A stretch of 64,000 bases of DNA from Minisyncoccota bacterium (GTDB lineage: Bacteria; Patescibacteriota; Minisyncoccia; Phycocordibacterales; UBA6065), in NCBI GenBank assembly GCA_035714745.1, contig DASTLR010000014.1:30861-94860 (forward strand), written 5' to 3'. This document shows, in pieces, positions 41,176-50,873 of the stretch (position 1 is its first letter; every line of letters starts with the position of its first letter). The notes below the pieces were generated by a model. The model was not told the DNA's origin, searched no databases, and worked only from the letters and a program-made list of their open reading frames with translations. The position numbers and the translations under genes are program-made.

Positions 41176-41769
41176 TCGGGAGAGATACCAATCGGGGTTT
41201 TCTTGATCCACGAGATCGCGGCAGAAAAGCGACCTGTGGGCGAAGAAGAGATCCATGTAAGAGGGTTCTTCTCCGGGGCGGACGATGTCTTCGATCCCCA
41301 TCACTTTTGCCCTGAGCCTGGATTCGTTGACTTCTTCGCCGTAGTGGCGCAGGCACCGGGAACAGATCTCTTTGATCTCGTGCGGGGCGTCCTGCCACGT
41401 CCGGATGCCGCTCTCGCAGATCGACCGGACGACCCCTGTAGTGGTCCCTAGTCTATCCTGGAAGACATCTTCGGCCCTGCCGGACAGTCCCTTGACGATG
41501 GAGACGAAAAGAAGGGCAGTGCACGACAGGAGGATCAGGACCAGTAGGGCGGGGGTGAGCTTGCCGTCGGAGCCGGTGAGCAACGCGGCCGACGCGAGCC
41601 CGGCGAGCATGATGACCATCAAGCATTTGATGCCGGCTCTCCGGAAGCGCAGCTGGCCGTAGGCGATCCCGGCCTTCTTTTCGATGGCCTGGCGGATCTC
41701 CGGCCGGAGCAGTTTCCAGAGGTCCTCGGGAGAGGTCTTGACGCGGAGGTAATCGTGGTCGAGGTTCAT
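41164..41769 (-). CDS. hypothetical membrane protein
   Basis: 201 aa with two central TM helices. TTGCGC-17-TAGGGT promoter-like on the minus strand. Confidence 0.45.
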   Translation of the reverse strand: MNLDHDYLRVKTSPEDLWKLLRPEIRQAIEKKAGIAYGQLRFRRAGIKCLMVIMLAGLASAALLTGSDGKLTPALLVLILLSCTALLFVSIVKGLSGRAEDVFQDRLGTTTGVVRSICESGIRTWQDAPHEIKEICSRCLRHYGEEVNESRLRAKVMGIEDIVRPGEEPSYMDLFFAHRSLFCRDLVDQENPDWYLSRSPT

Positions 41770-41875
41770 GGGTTACAAGGTTTCTTTCGAAACCCTACCC
41801 AATAAGTCGTCCGAGCGCAAGCGGCTTGTCTGGCGTTGAAACATTCAAGCGCCGCAGTAAGTAATAAAGGTACAT

Positions 41876-42982
41876 ATGAAAAGTGCCATCACGCGCCTGA
41901 TGCTGGTAACGTTGCTCGCCGCCGCCTTGCTCTATTTCGAGGCTACCCATGCCTATGCGGCCACGCTCTACTATGACAACAACGCCGGTAGCGGCGACAG
42001 CCACTGGGAGACCCTGGGCAACTGGTGGCAGGATCCGGGCCATGTGACCCTGGCTCCGTCCCTGCCTTCGAACGGCGACCTGGTCTATATCGACGGCTCG
42101 GGCGTCCTGGCCCAGCTCCTGGGATCGCCGCTCTCGCTCGCCCAGATCATCGTCGGCCAGTATTCCGGAGGCTCGGGCGCCGAGCTCTACGGCGTCATCG
42201 GCGACGCGATCTTTAACGGCCATTCGTACAATCAGGGTAACATCATCGGCAATGCCATCTTTGGCCAGTATTCATATAACGGATCGAACGGCGCGGTCAC
42301 GGGCGACGCGGCCTTTAGCGGTGAGACGTACAACCAGGGCATCGTAGGCGGTAGTGCCACCTTTGACGATGTCTCCTATAACGGCTCGGGAGGCACGGTC
42401 GGGGGCGACGCGTCATTCACCGGCCATACCTATAACGAGGGAGGTGTAGCGGGCAGCGGCATGTTTACGGATACCTCCTATAACGGCTCGGGCGGCACGG
42501 TCGGGGGCGACGCCACGTTCACCGATCACACCTACAATGAGGGTCATGTCATGGGCGCGGCCTTTTTGAGCGGCCAGGCATACAACGGCTCGGCGGGCAT
42601 GATCGACGCTAGCGGCATAGCCGGCACGCTCCAGGGCGTCGTCGTCTCGGCAGAGCCCGCTCCCGAGCCTGTCCGTGCCGTGGCGACCGTCTCGGCGTTT
42701 CGCCCTGTCGGATCGTCGATCGTCCGCAGGCAGGCGAACCTGGCTGCCGTGGCGGCTGCGGCAAGCGGCGTGACCGGCGCGGAGCGAGGCGAGGCAGCTT
42801 TCGAACCGTCAGCTCCGGTGGCACAGGCGGCCTCGCTCGATTCCTCGGTGCGCGTCTCGACGGCCGAGGCCCTGGCCTTCGTCCAGCGCTACCAGCAGAT
42901 AGCGAAGATCCTCGAGACCCTCGCCAAGTTTGTCCGGGCGCCGATCTTTGGCCAGAACGGCCATGGCCTCTCGATGCAGTAG
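41876..42982 (+). CDS. secreted tandem-repeat protein (GDAxF-x3-YNxGxV repeats)
   Basis: Signal peptide MKSAITRLMLVTLLAAALLYFEATHAYA. About 8 copies of a 17-aa repeat (34-aa units), encoded by near-identical 102-nt tandem DNA repeats at 42374..42577. AAAGG Shine-Dalgarno; TTGAAA-16-TAAGTA promoter. Confidence 0.6.
   Translation: MKSAITRLMLVTLLAAALLYFEATHAYAATLYYDNNAGSGDSHWETLGNWWQDPGHVTLAPSLPSNGDLVYIDGSGVLAQLLGSPLSLAQIIVGQYSGGSGAELYGVIGDAIFNGHSYNQGNIIGNAIFGQYSYNGSNGAVTGDAAFSGETYNQGIVGGSATFDDVSYNGSGGTVGGDASFTGHTYNEGGVAGSGMFTDTSYNGSGGTVGGDATFTDHTYNEGHVMGAAFLSGQAYNGSAGMIDASGIAGTLQGVVVSAEPAPEPVRAVATVSAFRPVGSSIVRRQANLAAVAAAASGVTGAERGEAAFEPSAPVAQAASLDSSVRVSTAEALAFVQRYQQIAKILETLAKFVRAPIFGQNGHGLSMQ
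42374..42577 (+). repeat. 2 x 102-nt near-identical tandem repeat inside the CDS
   Basis: tcctataacggctcggg(a/c)ggcacggtcgggggcgacgc... recurs with a 102-nt period. Confidence 0.7.
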
Positions 42983-43008
42983 CAAAAAAGCGAGCATGGC
43001 TCGCTTTA
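42983..43008. terminator. bidirectional terminator
   Basis: A6, then AGCGAGC-atg-GCTCGCT hairpin, then TTT. Confidence 0.6.
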
Positions 43009-43028
43009 GCAAAGGCTAGACCGCGGGC

Positions 43029-43274
43029 CTAGTCTCTTTGGATGCGCCCGCGGGCGCTGTTCCGGAGCTGGATATATAGGATGAAGAGCCCCAGCATGAT
43101 GAGCGCCAGGACGGCGTAGACCACGCGCTCCTTGGCCGGGTCGCGGAGCGAGCGGGCATAGATGGCGCCTGGCACGGCCACAAGGGTAAAGACGGCCATA
43201 AGGACGACTCTGACCTTGCGCTTGTAGATCTTGTAATCCGTATAGTGAAAATAATCGGGCGGCGATGGCTTCAT
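43029..43274 (-). CDS. small hypothetical membrane protein (81 aa)
   Basis: Two TM helices; divergent from uvrC. Confidence 0.4.
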   Translation of the reverse strand: MKPSPPDYFHYTDYKIYKRKVRVVLMAVFTLVAVPGAIYARSLRDPAKERVVYAVLALIMLGLFILYIQLRNSARGRIQRD

Positions 43275-43328
43275 AAGAAGAACAGGGGAGATTAGAGGAG
43301 GAAACCGCTTTTAATATATCATATTTTG

Positions 43329-43337
43329 TGGTATAAT
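43329..43337 (+). promoter_or_regulatory. extended -10 TGgTATAAT for uvrC
   Basis: 20 nt upstream of the ATG at 43358. Confidence 0.5.
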
Positions 43338-43357
43338 CACAATCTGGCCGATTTCCT

Positions 43358-44644
43358 ATGACCATCGAAGCCTTCGAACAGCTGAATATGCCCGACGCTC
43401 CCGGCGTCTATTTCTGGAAGCAGGGCGCGACCATCCTCTACATCGGCAAGGCCACCTCCCTGCGCGACCGCGTGCGCTCGTATTTCTCCGCCGACCTCAT
43501 CTCGACCCGAGGGCCGCGCATGGTGGATATGGTCTTTAAAGCCGATACCATCGAATGGCTGGAGACCGATTCGGTCCTGGAGGCCATGATCGCCGAGGCC
43601 AACCTCATCAAGAAGCATTGGCCCGATTACAATGTCAAAGAAAAGGACGGCAAGAGCTGGAACTACGTGGTCGTCACCCGCGACCGCTTTCCCTTGGTCC
43701 TGACCATCCGCGGCCGGACGCTCGAGGTCGAGCGGCAAAAGAAGCTCTTGAAGGTCCGCGCGGCGTTCGGGCCCTTTACCTCGGGCTCGGCCCTGCGCGA
43801 GGCCCTCAAGATCATCCGCAGGATGTTTCCCTTCATCGACCGCGCCTCGTCGACCAAGTACACCAGCACCTTTTACCGTCAGATCGGTCTCTCTCCCGAT
43901 ACGGCCAGCGAGGAGGCGCGCCTGGAATACAAAAAGAACATCGAGCACATCATCCTCTTTTTCAGCGGCCGCAAGAAAGCCCTCTGCCGCAGGCTGGAGA
44001 AGGAGATGAACGAGTATGCCCGGGCCCGGGAGTTCGAGAAGGCCGAGGCGACCAAGCGCAAGCTCTTTGCCCTGGACCATATCCAGGACATCGCCCTCAT
44101 AAAGGAGGACGTCGAGAACTTCGCGCGGACGGCGGGCGGCGCGAACGCGGGCGCGGACGGCGCCGCTGCGCCTGGGTCCGAAGAGGGCTTCCGCATCGAG
44201 GCCTATGACACCGCCCACATGTCGGGCAAGGAATCGGCCGGCGTCATGACGGTGGTCTGCGACGGCGAGCTGGCCAAGGGCGAGTACCGCAAATTCAAGC
44301 TCTCTCCCGAGATCGGCAACAACGACGTCCGGTCGCTCCGCGAGATCATCGAGCGCCGCCTGCGCCATCCTGAGTGGCGCCTGCCCGACCTAATGGTCAT
44401 CGACGGCGGCCAGGGCCAGCTGAATCTGGCGGAGAAGGTCGTCGCCGAGCAGGGCGCCGTCATGCCTGTGGTCTCGGTGGTCAAGGACGAGCGTCACAAG
44501 CCCGCGGACATCCTGGGAAATCCCGAGATCGTGGCACGGCACAAGAAAGCCATCCTCCTCGCCAACAGCGAGGCCCACCGCTTCGCCCTGGCATATCACC
44601 GCAAATTGCGCCGAATGCGAAATCCAAGGAGAGGAAAGCTGTAA
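43358..44644 (+). CDS. uvrC: excinuclease ABC subunit C, short form lacking C-terminal (HhH)2
   Basis: GIY-YIG (GVYFWKQGATILYIGKATSLRDRVRSY), UVR motif (FEKAEATKRKLFAL), and RNase-H-like endonuclease domain (IDGGQGQLN). 428 aa versus ~600. Confidence 0.75.
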   Translation: MTIEAFEQLNMPDAPGVYFWKQGATILYIGKATSLRDRVRSYFSADLISTRGPRMVDMVFKADTIEWLETDSVLEAMIAEANLIKKHWPDYNVKEKDGKSWNYVVVTRDRFPLVLTIRGRTLEVERQKKLLKVRAAFGPFTSGSALREALKIIRRMFPFIDRASSTKYTSTFYRQIGLSPDTASEEARLEYKKNIEHIILFFSGRKKALCRRLEKEMNEYARAREFEKAEATKRKLFALDHIQDIALIKEDVENFARTAGGANAGADGAAAPGSEEGFRIEAYDTAHMSGKESAGVMTVVCDGELAKGEYRKFKLSPEIGNNDVRSLREIIERRLRHPEWRLPDLMVIDGGQGQLNLAEKVVAEQGAVMPVVSVVKDERHKPADILGNPEIVARHKKAILLANSEAHRFALAYHRKLRRMRNPRRGKL

Positions 44645-44689
44645 GCACTCTGGTGATCGCTGTGTTCTCGGTGCTCCCTCTTTCTTTGC

Positions 44690-44695
44690 TATACT
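44690..44695 (+). promoter_or_regulatory. TATACT -10 hexamer, 6 nt upstream of the ddl ATG (leaderless pattern)
   Basis: TATACTTATCCTATG is nearly identical to the umuD upstream TATACTTATCCCATG. Confidence 0.45.
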
Positions 44696-44701
44696 TATCC
44701 T

Positions 44702-45679
44702 ATGTCATTCGCGCACAAGATCCGCGTAGCCGTCCTGCGCGGCGGGCCGTCCTCGGAATACGAGGTCTCCCTCAAGTCCGGCGAGGCCGTGCTCAAGCAT
44801 CTGCCGTCGAAATACGAGGGCATCGACGTCTTTATCTCGCGGGAGGGAGTCTGGCACGTGCACGGCATCGAAAAGAAGCCAGCCGATGCCCTCAAGCACG
44901 TCGACGTGGCCTTTCTCGCCCTCCATGGCCAGTTCGGCGAGGACGGCAAGGTCCAGCGCATCCTCGAGCACCTGGGCATCCCGTACACGGGATCGGCTTC
45001 GTTCCCGTCGGCTGTGGCTATGAACAAGCACCTGGCGAAAGGGGCGCTCAAGGGTCTCAAGGACAAGATAAAGATGGCCGCGCATCGCATATTCACCCGC
45101 GACGAGATTAAAGAGAAGGGCGCGCACGAGATCTTCCGCCTGATCCCTCATCCCTCCATCGTCAAGCCTGCCGCCGCGGGCTCCTCGGTCGGGGTGACGG
45201 TAGTGAGAGATTTCTTTAACTTGCAGACGGCGCTCGACGAAGCCCTCAAGCATTCCGACGCGGTCATCGTCGAGGAGCTGGTCGAGGGCAGGGAGGCGAC
45301 CGTGGCCGTCGTCGACGGCTTCCGGGGGGAGGAGAGCTACGCGCTCCCGCCGGTAGAGATCATCCCGCGCAAGGAGTCGCCGTTCTTCGACTATCAGGCC
45401 AAGTACGAGGGCAAGAGCCAGGAGATCTGCCCCGGAAACTTCGACGAAGCCACCAAGAAAGCCTTGCTGGAAGCCGCTCGCGCCATTCACCGCGAGCTGG
45501 GGCTGCGCCATTATTCACGCAGCGATTTCATCGTCCATCCAAGGCGCGGCGTCTTCTTTCTGGAAGCGAACACGCTGCCTGGCCTGACCTCGGAGTCGCT
45601 CCTGCCGAAATCGGTGGCTGCGGTCGGCTCTTCATTGCCTGAATTTTTGGATCACGTCATAACCTTGGCGCGCTCATGA
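44702..45679 (+). CDS. ddl: D-alanine--D-alanine ligase
   Basis: VAVLRGGPSSEYEVSLKSG...VDVAFLALHGQFGEDGKVQ matches Ddl (ATP-grasp). Confidence 0.9.
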   Translation: MSFAHKIRVAVLRGGPSSEYEVSLKSGEAVLKHLPSKYEGIDVFISREGVWHVHGIEKKPADALKHVDVAFLALHGQFGEDGKVQRILEHLGIPYTGSASFPSAVAMNKHLAKGALKGLKDKIKMAAHRIFTRDEIKEKGAHEIFRLIPHPSIVKPAAAGSSVGVTVVRDFFNLQTALDEALKHSDAVIVEELVEGREATVAVVDGFRGEESYALPPVEIIPRKESPFFDYQAKYEGKSQEICPGNFDEATKKALLEAARAIHRELGLRHYSRSDFIVHPRRGVFFLEANTLPGLTSESLLPKSVAAVGSSLPEFLDHVITLARS

Positions 45680-47964
45680 AAGCGGCTTTCTTTGATATAG
45701 ACAACACCTTGACCGAGAGCCGCGCGCCGATCTCGGAGGAGCTGGCTGGCCTGTTGTCGCGGCTGATAGATGCCGTGCCGGTGGCCCTGATATCGGGCGG
45801 CTCGGCGGCGGACATCGAATCGCAGGTCGTCTCGCGGCTGTCGCATACGCGCCGAGAGAACCTCTATCTCGTGCCCACCGAGGGGGCCGAGCTAAGGGCT
45901 TTCGAGGACGGTTCTTGGAAGACCGTATATGCCCGTCCGATCCCTGGGGACAAGAAGCGCCGGATCCTCGATGCCTTGGAAAGGGTGGCGCCGGCATTCG
46001 GGGGCGCCGGGGCGTACGTCGAGGACCGCGGAGGCCTGGTCGCCTATCACGGCCTCGGCAAGGGCTCGTCTCTTGAGGAAAAGTACGCCTGGGACCCTGC
46101 TCGGGAGAAAAGGATCCCGCTCGTCAAGGCTCTGCGCGCGCTCCTGCCTGATGCGGAGATAGGCATCGCCGGTTCGACGACGGTCAACGTCTCTGACGCC
46201 GGCGTCGATAAAGCATACGGCATAGCCGAGCTGCTCAAGCGGCTCTCGCTCGCTCCGGCCGATGCGATCTTCGTCGGGGACGCTCTCTGCCCGGGCGGCA
46301 ACGACGAGCCGGCGCTCGATAGGGGGGTCCGCGTCCTGCCGACGAGCGGTCCGTCTGAGACCGCGGCGATCATCGGGCGGCTTTTGAATGAAGCAGGGGA
46401 TTCTTCCGGCCGCGCGCGGCCGCGCAAAGTGGCTTACTTTTGCATGGAATATGGATTGGAAGACGATCTACCGATCTTTGCGGGCGGCCTGGGCATCCTG
46501 GCGGGCGATATCGTCCGTGCCGCAGGGACCCGCTCGGACATCAGCCTGACGGCCCTCGGCTTGATCAACAGGCGGGGTATGAAGTCTTCCGAGAACAAAG
46601 GCGACGTCGACTACGCCCTGCAGCTGGCGCAGCGCGGCTATGCCAAGACCGTCACCGTCGAGGTCCCTATAGCGGGGCGCGTCGTGCGCGCGTGCGCGTG
46701 GAGGAAATCCTTCGGCTCGAGCGAGGCATACCTTTTTGATACGGCCCTCCCCGAGAACGCTCCGCAGGACAGGAAGGCGGCCGATTTCCTCTATCAGAGA
46801 GAGCAGGAGCCGCGGATCGTCCAGGAGCTGGTGCTCGGCGTCGGCGGCGTGCGCCTGCTCGGGCGCCTCGGCATCGTCCCCGACGCGTATCATTTCAACG
46901 AGGGCCATACGGGCTTCGGCGCCCTGGCCGCCGAGCTCGAGGCGTCCGCGCCGCGCGGCTCGATCGTCGCCACCAAGCACACCATCCTTCCCGGCGCGGG
47001 GACCTATCTCTCTCGGGCGGATTTCGAGAGATATCTGGGCGCGTACATCCGCGGCTGCGGCGGGTCGGTCGACGGAGTCTTTTCTCGAGGGGCGCTCTCG
47101 CGCGACAAGGATATCTTTTCGACGACGCGCTTCCTGTTGGGCGCGGCGGGCCGGTCGACGGGCGTGAGCCAGGCCCATGTGGCCGCCGAAAAGGTACGAT
47201 ATCCCCACAGCCCGCTCTTTTCTATCGTCAACGGCGTCGACCCTCTGCGCTGGGCCGCTCCGTCGCAGGACAAGGCAGCGCTCCGGGCCGAGCTGGTCCG
47301 CTTCGCCAACCAGGCGGCCGGGTCCCGGCTCGATCCCGGCATCATGACCGTCGTCTGGGCCAGAAGGTTCGTCGCGTACAAGAGGCCGGGTCTGCTCTTG
47401 GGCGATGCCGAGGCTCTCTTGGCCCTGGTCAGCGACCCCGAGCGCCCGATGCAGTTCATATTCGCCGGCAAAGCCTACCAGGACGACGAGGTCGGCGTGC
47501 AGGCCTTGGCGCGGATACGCCGGCTTGCCCAGGACCCGCGCTTTCGGGGCAGGATCGCTTACATACCCGATTATTCGATATCCGCCGCTAAGAAGCTCGT
47601 CCAGGGAGCGGACGTCTGGCTCAATACGCCGATCCCCGGCTTTGAGGCCTGCGGCACGAGCGGCATGAAGGCGGGGCTGAACGGAGCTTTAGTCCTGTCT
47701 GCCGTTGACGGCTGGGTGGCGGAGGCAAAAGGCCTCGCCGAGGCGGGCTGGCTCATGTCTGAGCGGAACATAGAGCGCGAGCTCTATCGATATCTGCGCG
47801 CCGCCGCCGCCGAGTTCGGCTCGGCGCGCTGGGAGGCCAGGGCCGCGGCTATCCGGCGTATCGTGGGCGCCGGCTTTACCGTCCAGCGCATGCTGGATAT
47901 ATACCTCGAAAAGCTGTATACTCCGACAGATGAAGCTTCTACAATTCGCCAAGTCGCCCCGTAG
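45676..47964 (+). CDS. fusion: HAD-superfamily phosphatase + alpha-glucan phosphorylase (GT35, short type)
   Basis: N-terminal FFDIDNTLTE is HAD motif I. From about residue 250, AYFCMEYGLEDDLPIFAGGLGILAGD and GTSGMKAGLNGALVLSAVDGWV are phosphorylase hallmarks. Confidence 0.75.
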   Translation: MKAAFFDIDNTLTESRAPISEELAGLLSRLIDAVPVALISGGSAADIESQVVSRLSHTRRENLYLVPTEGAELRAFEDGSWKTVYARPIPGDKKRRILDALERVAPAFGGAGAYVEDRGGLVAYHGLGKGSSLEEKYAWDPAREKRIPLVKALRALLPDAEIGIAGSTTVNVSDAGVDKAYGIAELLKRLSLAPADAIFVGDALCPGGNDEPALDRGVRVLPTSGPSETAAIIGRLLNEAGDSSGRARPRKVAYFCMEYGLEDDLPIFAGGLGILAGDIVRAAGTRSDISLTALGLINRRGMKSSENKGDVDYALQLAQRGYAKTVTVEVPIAGRVVRACAWRKSFGSSEAYLFDTALPENAPQDRKAADFLYQREQEPRIVQELVLGVGGVRLLGRLGIVPDAYHFNEGHTGFGALAAELEASAPRGSIVATKHTILPGAGTYLSRADFERYLGAYIRGCGGSVDGVFSRGALSRDKDIFSTTRFLLGAAGRSTGVSQAHVAAEKVRYPHSPLFSIVNGVDPLRWAAPSQDKAALRAELVRFANQAAGSRLDPGIMTVVWARRFVAYKRPGLLLGDAEALLALVSDPERPMQFIFAGKAYQDDEVGVQALARIRRLAQDPRFRGRIAYIPDYSISAAKKLVQGADVWLNTPIPGFEACGTSGMKAGLNGALVLSAVDGWVAEAKGLAEAGWLMSERNIERELYRYLRAAAAEFGSARWEARAAAIRRIVGAGFTVQRMLDIYLEKLYTPTDEASTIRQVAP

Positions 47965-49456
47965 GATACTGTTCGTCGGGGCCGAAGCCGCCCCGTTCGT
48001 CAAGGTAGGCGGCCTGGCCTCAGTCATGGACTCCCTGCCTCGCGCCCTGCGGGACAGGGGCTGCGACGCTCGGGTGATGATCCCTAAATACCTCTCTATA
48101 GAGGAGAAGTACGGGCTCTCCCTGGCCCACAAGGGCCTGAACGTCCCCACGGGCAATTCCGCCGGCCCGACCCACCTGGTCTGCAACGTGAAGATCTTCG
48201 AGCCGAAAGGGCCGAAAGAGCCGGTGACCACCTATTTCCTGGAGAACCAGGAATACTACGAGCAGAGGAGCAATGTCTACGGCTACGCCGACGACGCCGT
48301 GCGCTGGGCCCTGCTGTGCCGCGGCGCCATAGAGTTCTTTAGGCTGTCGAAGGACTGGGTGCCCGACGTCATCGTCGCCTGCGACTGGCAGGCGGCCTTG
48401 CTCGTCAACTACCTAAAGACCGAGTACAAGAGCAATCCGCAGGTCAATGGCATCGCCACGGTCTATGCCATCCACAACCTGTATTACCAGGGCATGTTCG
48501 ACCACCGCTTCATCCAGGAGATGGACTATGACGACGGCCGGTCGCCGGTGCCCGCCTTCGAGGACCCGCGCCTGGCAAAGATCAACTGCATGAGGCGCGG
48601 CATCATCCACGCCGACATGGTCACGACGGTCTCGCCGACCTACGCGAAAGAGATCCTCACCCCTGACTACGGAGAGCTGCTCGATACCTTGCTGCGCGAG
48701 AGGAGGAACGTCCTGACCGGCATCCTGAACGGCATCGACTATGCCGTCTGGGACCCCAAGCGCGATCCCTACATAGTCCATAAATACGACAAGGACTCCC
48801 TTTCAGTCCGGGCCAAGAACAAGGCCGTCCTCCAGGAGCGCTTTGGCCTGGAGAAGGACAAGGGCTCGTTCCTGATCGGCATCGCCTCCCGGCTGACCAA
48901 GCAGAAGGGCTTCGAGCTCCTCTATCCGATCTTTGAGACCCTGATGCGCGAGCTGCCGATCCAGCTCGCAGTGGTCGGCAGCGGAGACGCGGAGGTCATG
49001 GGCTTCTTCCACGGCCTGGAGACGAAATACCCGGGCAGGGTGGCGGCGCATCTGTCCTTTGACGCGATCCTGCCGCATCTGATCTTTGCCGGAGCCGACG
49101 CCGTGCTGGTGCCTTCGCAGTTCGAGCCGTGCGGCCTGGTCCAGATGGAGGCTATGAGGATGGGCGCCGTGCCGATCGCCCGCAGGACGGGCGGCCTGGC
49201 CGACAGCGTCCAGGATTACGACGCCGAGGATGACTCGGGCACGGGCTTCACCTTCGAGAAATACGACTCCTCGTCCCTCATGATCGCCCTTATCAGGGCC
49301 TACGAGAACTTCAAGGACAAGAAAGAGTGGGCCAAGATATCCAGGAGGGCCATGGAAAGCGACTTCTCCTGGGACACGTCCGCCGAAAAGTACCTGGAGG
49401 TATTCGAGCGGGCCCTCTCGCTCCGCCAGAGGGAGCTCGAGAAGGAATCCGAATAA
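47930..49456 (+). CDS. glgA: glycogen synthase (GT5)
   Basis: RILFVGAEAAPFVKVGGLASVMDSLPRAL (KxGGL motif). The start overlaps the upstream gene by 35 nt, so the exact start is uncertain. Confidence 0.8.
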   Translation: MKLLQFAKSPRRILFVGAEAAPFVKVGGLASVMDSLPRALRDRGCDARVMIPKYLSIEEKYGLSLAHKGLNVPTGNSAGPTHLVCNVKIFEPKGPKEPVTTYFLENQEYYEQRSNVYGYADDAVRWALLCRGAIEFFRLSKDWVPDVIVACDWQAALLVNYLKTEYKSNPQVNGIATVYAIHNLYYQGMFDHRFIQEMDYDDGRSPVPAFEDPRLAKINCMRRGIIHADMVTTVSPTYAKEILTPDYGELLDTLLRERRNVLTGILNGIDYAVWDPKRDPYIVHKYDKDSLSVRAKNKAVLQERFGLEKDKGSFLIGIASRLTKQKGFELLYPIFETLMRELPIQLAVVGSGDAEVMGFFHGLETKYPGRVAAHLSFDAILPHLIFAGADAVLVPSQFEPCGLVQMEAMRMGAVPIARRTGGLADSVQDYDAEDDSGTGFTFEKYDSSSLMIALIRAYENFKDKKEWAKISRRAMESDFSWDTSAEKYLEVFERALSLRQRELEKESE

Positions 49457-49484
49457 GGGCGACAGATAACCACCTACAACCGAT

Positions 49485-50873
49485 ATGAAATGGGCGAATT
49501 TCCTACACGTATACCAGCCGCCGACCCAGAAGCCTATCTGGGTGAGGAGGATCGCAGACGAATGCTACAGAAAGCTGTTCGCAGGGCTTAGGAACATACC
49601 GCGCGCGCGGGTCACCCTCAATATCAACAGCGTGCTCTGCGAGCTCCTGGAGCAGAACGGGGCAGGCGACGTCATCGATAGCATCCGCGCCCTGGTCGAG
49701 GCAGGCCAGGTCGAGCTGACCGGCAGCGCCAAATACCACGCGTTCCTGCCGCTCCTTCCCGAAGCAGAGATAGAGCGGCAGATCAGGTTGAACGAAGAGG
49801 GGTTGAATAGGTGTTTCGGGACGAAATGGAAGAAAGGCGGCTTTTTCTCTCCCGAAATGGCCTATTCAAAGAAAGTCGCCGCTGTCGCGCAGAGGATGGG
49901 ATATCGATGGATCGTCATCGACGAGATGGCGTTTCCCGCCGATAGAAAGCCGGCGCGCGACAGGATATACGAGATCCAGGGACTCAAGGGATTTTACGCG
50001 TTCTTCCGAGAGAGGAATTTCTCGTTCAAGATACTCTCTGCCTCCCAGCTCTCCACGATGCCGGCTATCATGCGCTTCCTTGAGCCCCGCTTTGGCAAGA
50101 AGGAGTTCACCGTCACCGGAATGGACGGCGAGACGTTCGGCCACCATCGCCCGGGCCTCGAGAAGCTGCTCTTCGACCTGCTCTCGGACGACAAGATCGA
50201 GCCGATCGCGGTGGGCGACGCGCTCGAGCTCGGCTTTCCCGTAGAGGCTATCGAGCCGCGCCAGTCGACGTGGGCGTCGGTGCCGCGCGATTTCACCATC
50301 GGAGAGCCTTTCCTGCGCTGGAACAATCCGAATAACGCCATTCAGAGGTACCAGTGGGAGCTGACCGACCTCGCGATCAGCCTGGTCAATAGGGATGGCG
50401 GGCAGAAGCCCCGCTCTTTGCTCGATTCGTCGCTCCATTCCGATCAGTATTGGTGGTCGTCGGCGCGGCCGTGGTGGAGCCTGGAGATGATCGAGAGAGG
50501 CGCATACGACTTGAAAGAGACCATCCGCGCCTGCGAAAGCGCGTCGCCGGACGAGCTGGCAAAGGCCGACGAGCTCTACAAGGACATACTCTACACGGGC
50601 TTTGAATGGCAGCGGACGGGAGTGGTCGACGAGCTCTCTAGGTCCGAGAACGAAGAGGTCAGAGAGCGGCTCGAGGAGAAAGAGAAGCTCTTCGTCACGG
50701 CCGAAGAGTTCGAAGATATGATCAAGAACCTGCGGGAGCAGATGCGCTCGGCGGCGCAGGCAGAGGAATACCATCGCGCGTCGATGATCAAGGACAGGAT
50801 ACGCGAGCTGGAAGAGGAGATGGAGAGGAACGGAAGCTCTCGGCCGAAACCGGGTTCAGACCTGATGTTCTAG
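49485..50873 (+). CDS. glycoside hydrolase family 57 protein (alpha-glucan branching / amylase-like)
   Basis: HVYQPPTQ...; GH57 core with GMDGETFGHH. C-terminal UVR-like motif (EEYHRASMIKDRIRELEEEMER). Confidence 0.75.
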   Translation: MKWANFLHVYQPPTQKPIWVRRIADECYRKLFAGLRNIPRARVTLNINSVLCELLEQNGAGDVIDSIRALVEAGQVELTGSAKYHAFLPLLPEAEIERQIRLNEEGLNRCFGTKWKKGGFFSPEMAYSKKVAAVAQRMGYRWIVIDEMAFPADRKPARDRIYEIQGLKGFYAFFRERNFSFKILSASQLSTMPAIMRFLEPRFGKKEFTVTGMDGETFGHHRPGLEKLLFDLLSDDKIEPIAVGDALELGFPVEAIEPRQSTWASVPRDFTIGEPFLRWNNPNNAIQRYQWELTDLAISLVNRDGGQKPRSLLDSSLHSDQYWWSSARPWWSLEMIERGAYDLKETIRACESASPDELAKADELYKDILYTGFEWQRTGVVDELSRSENEEVRERLEEKEKLFVTAEEFEDMIKNLREQMRSAAQAEEYHRASMIKDRIRELEEEMERNGSSRPKPGSDLMF

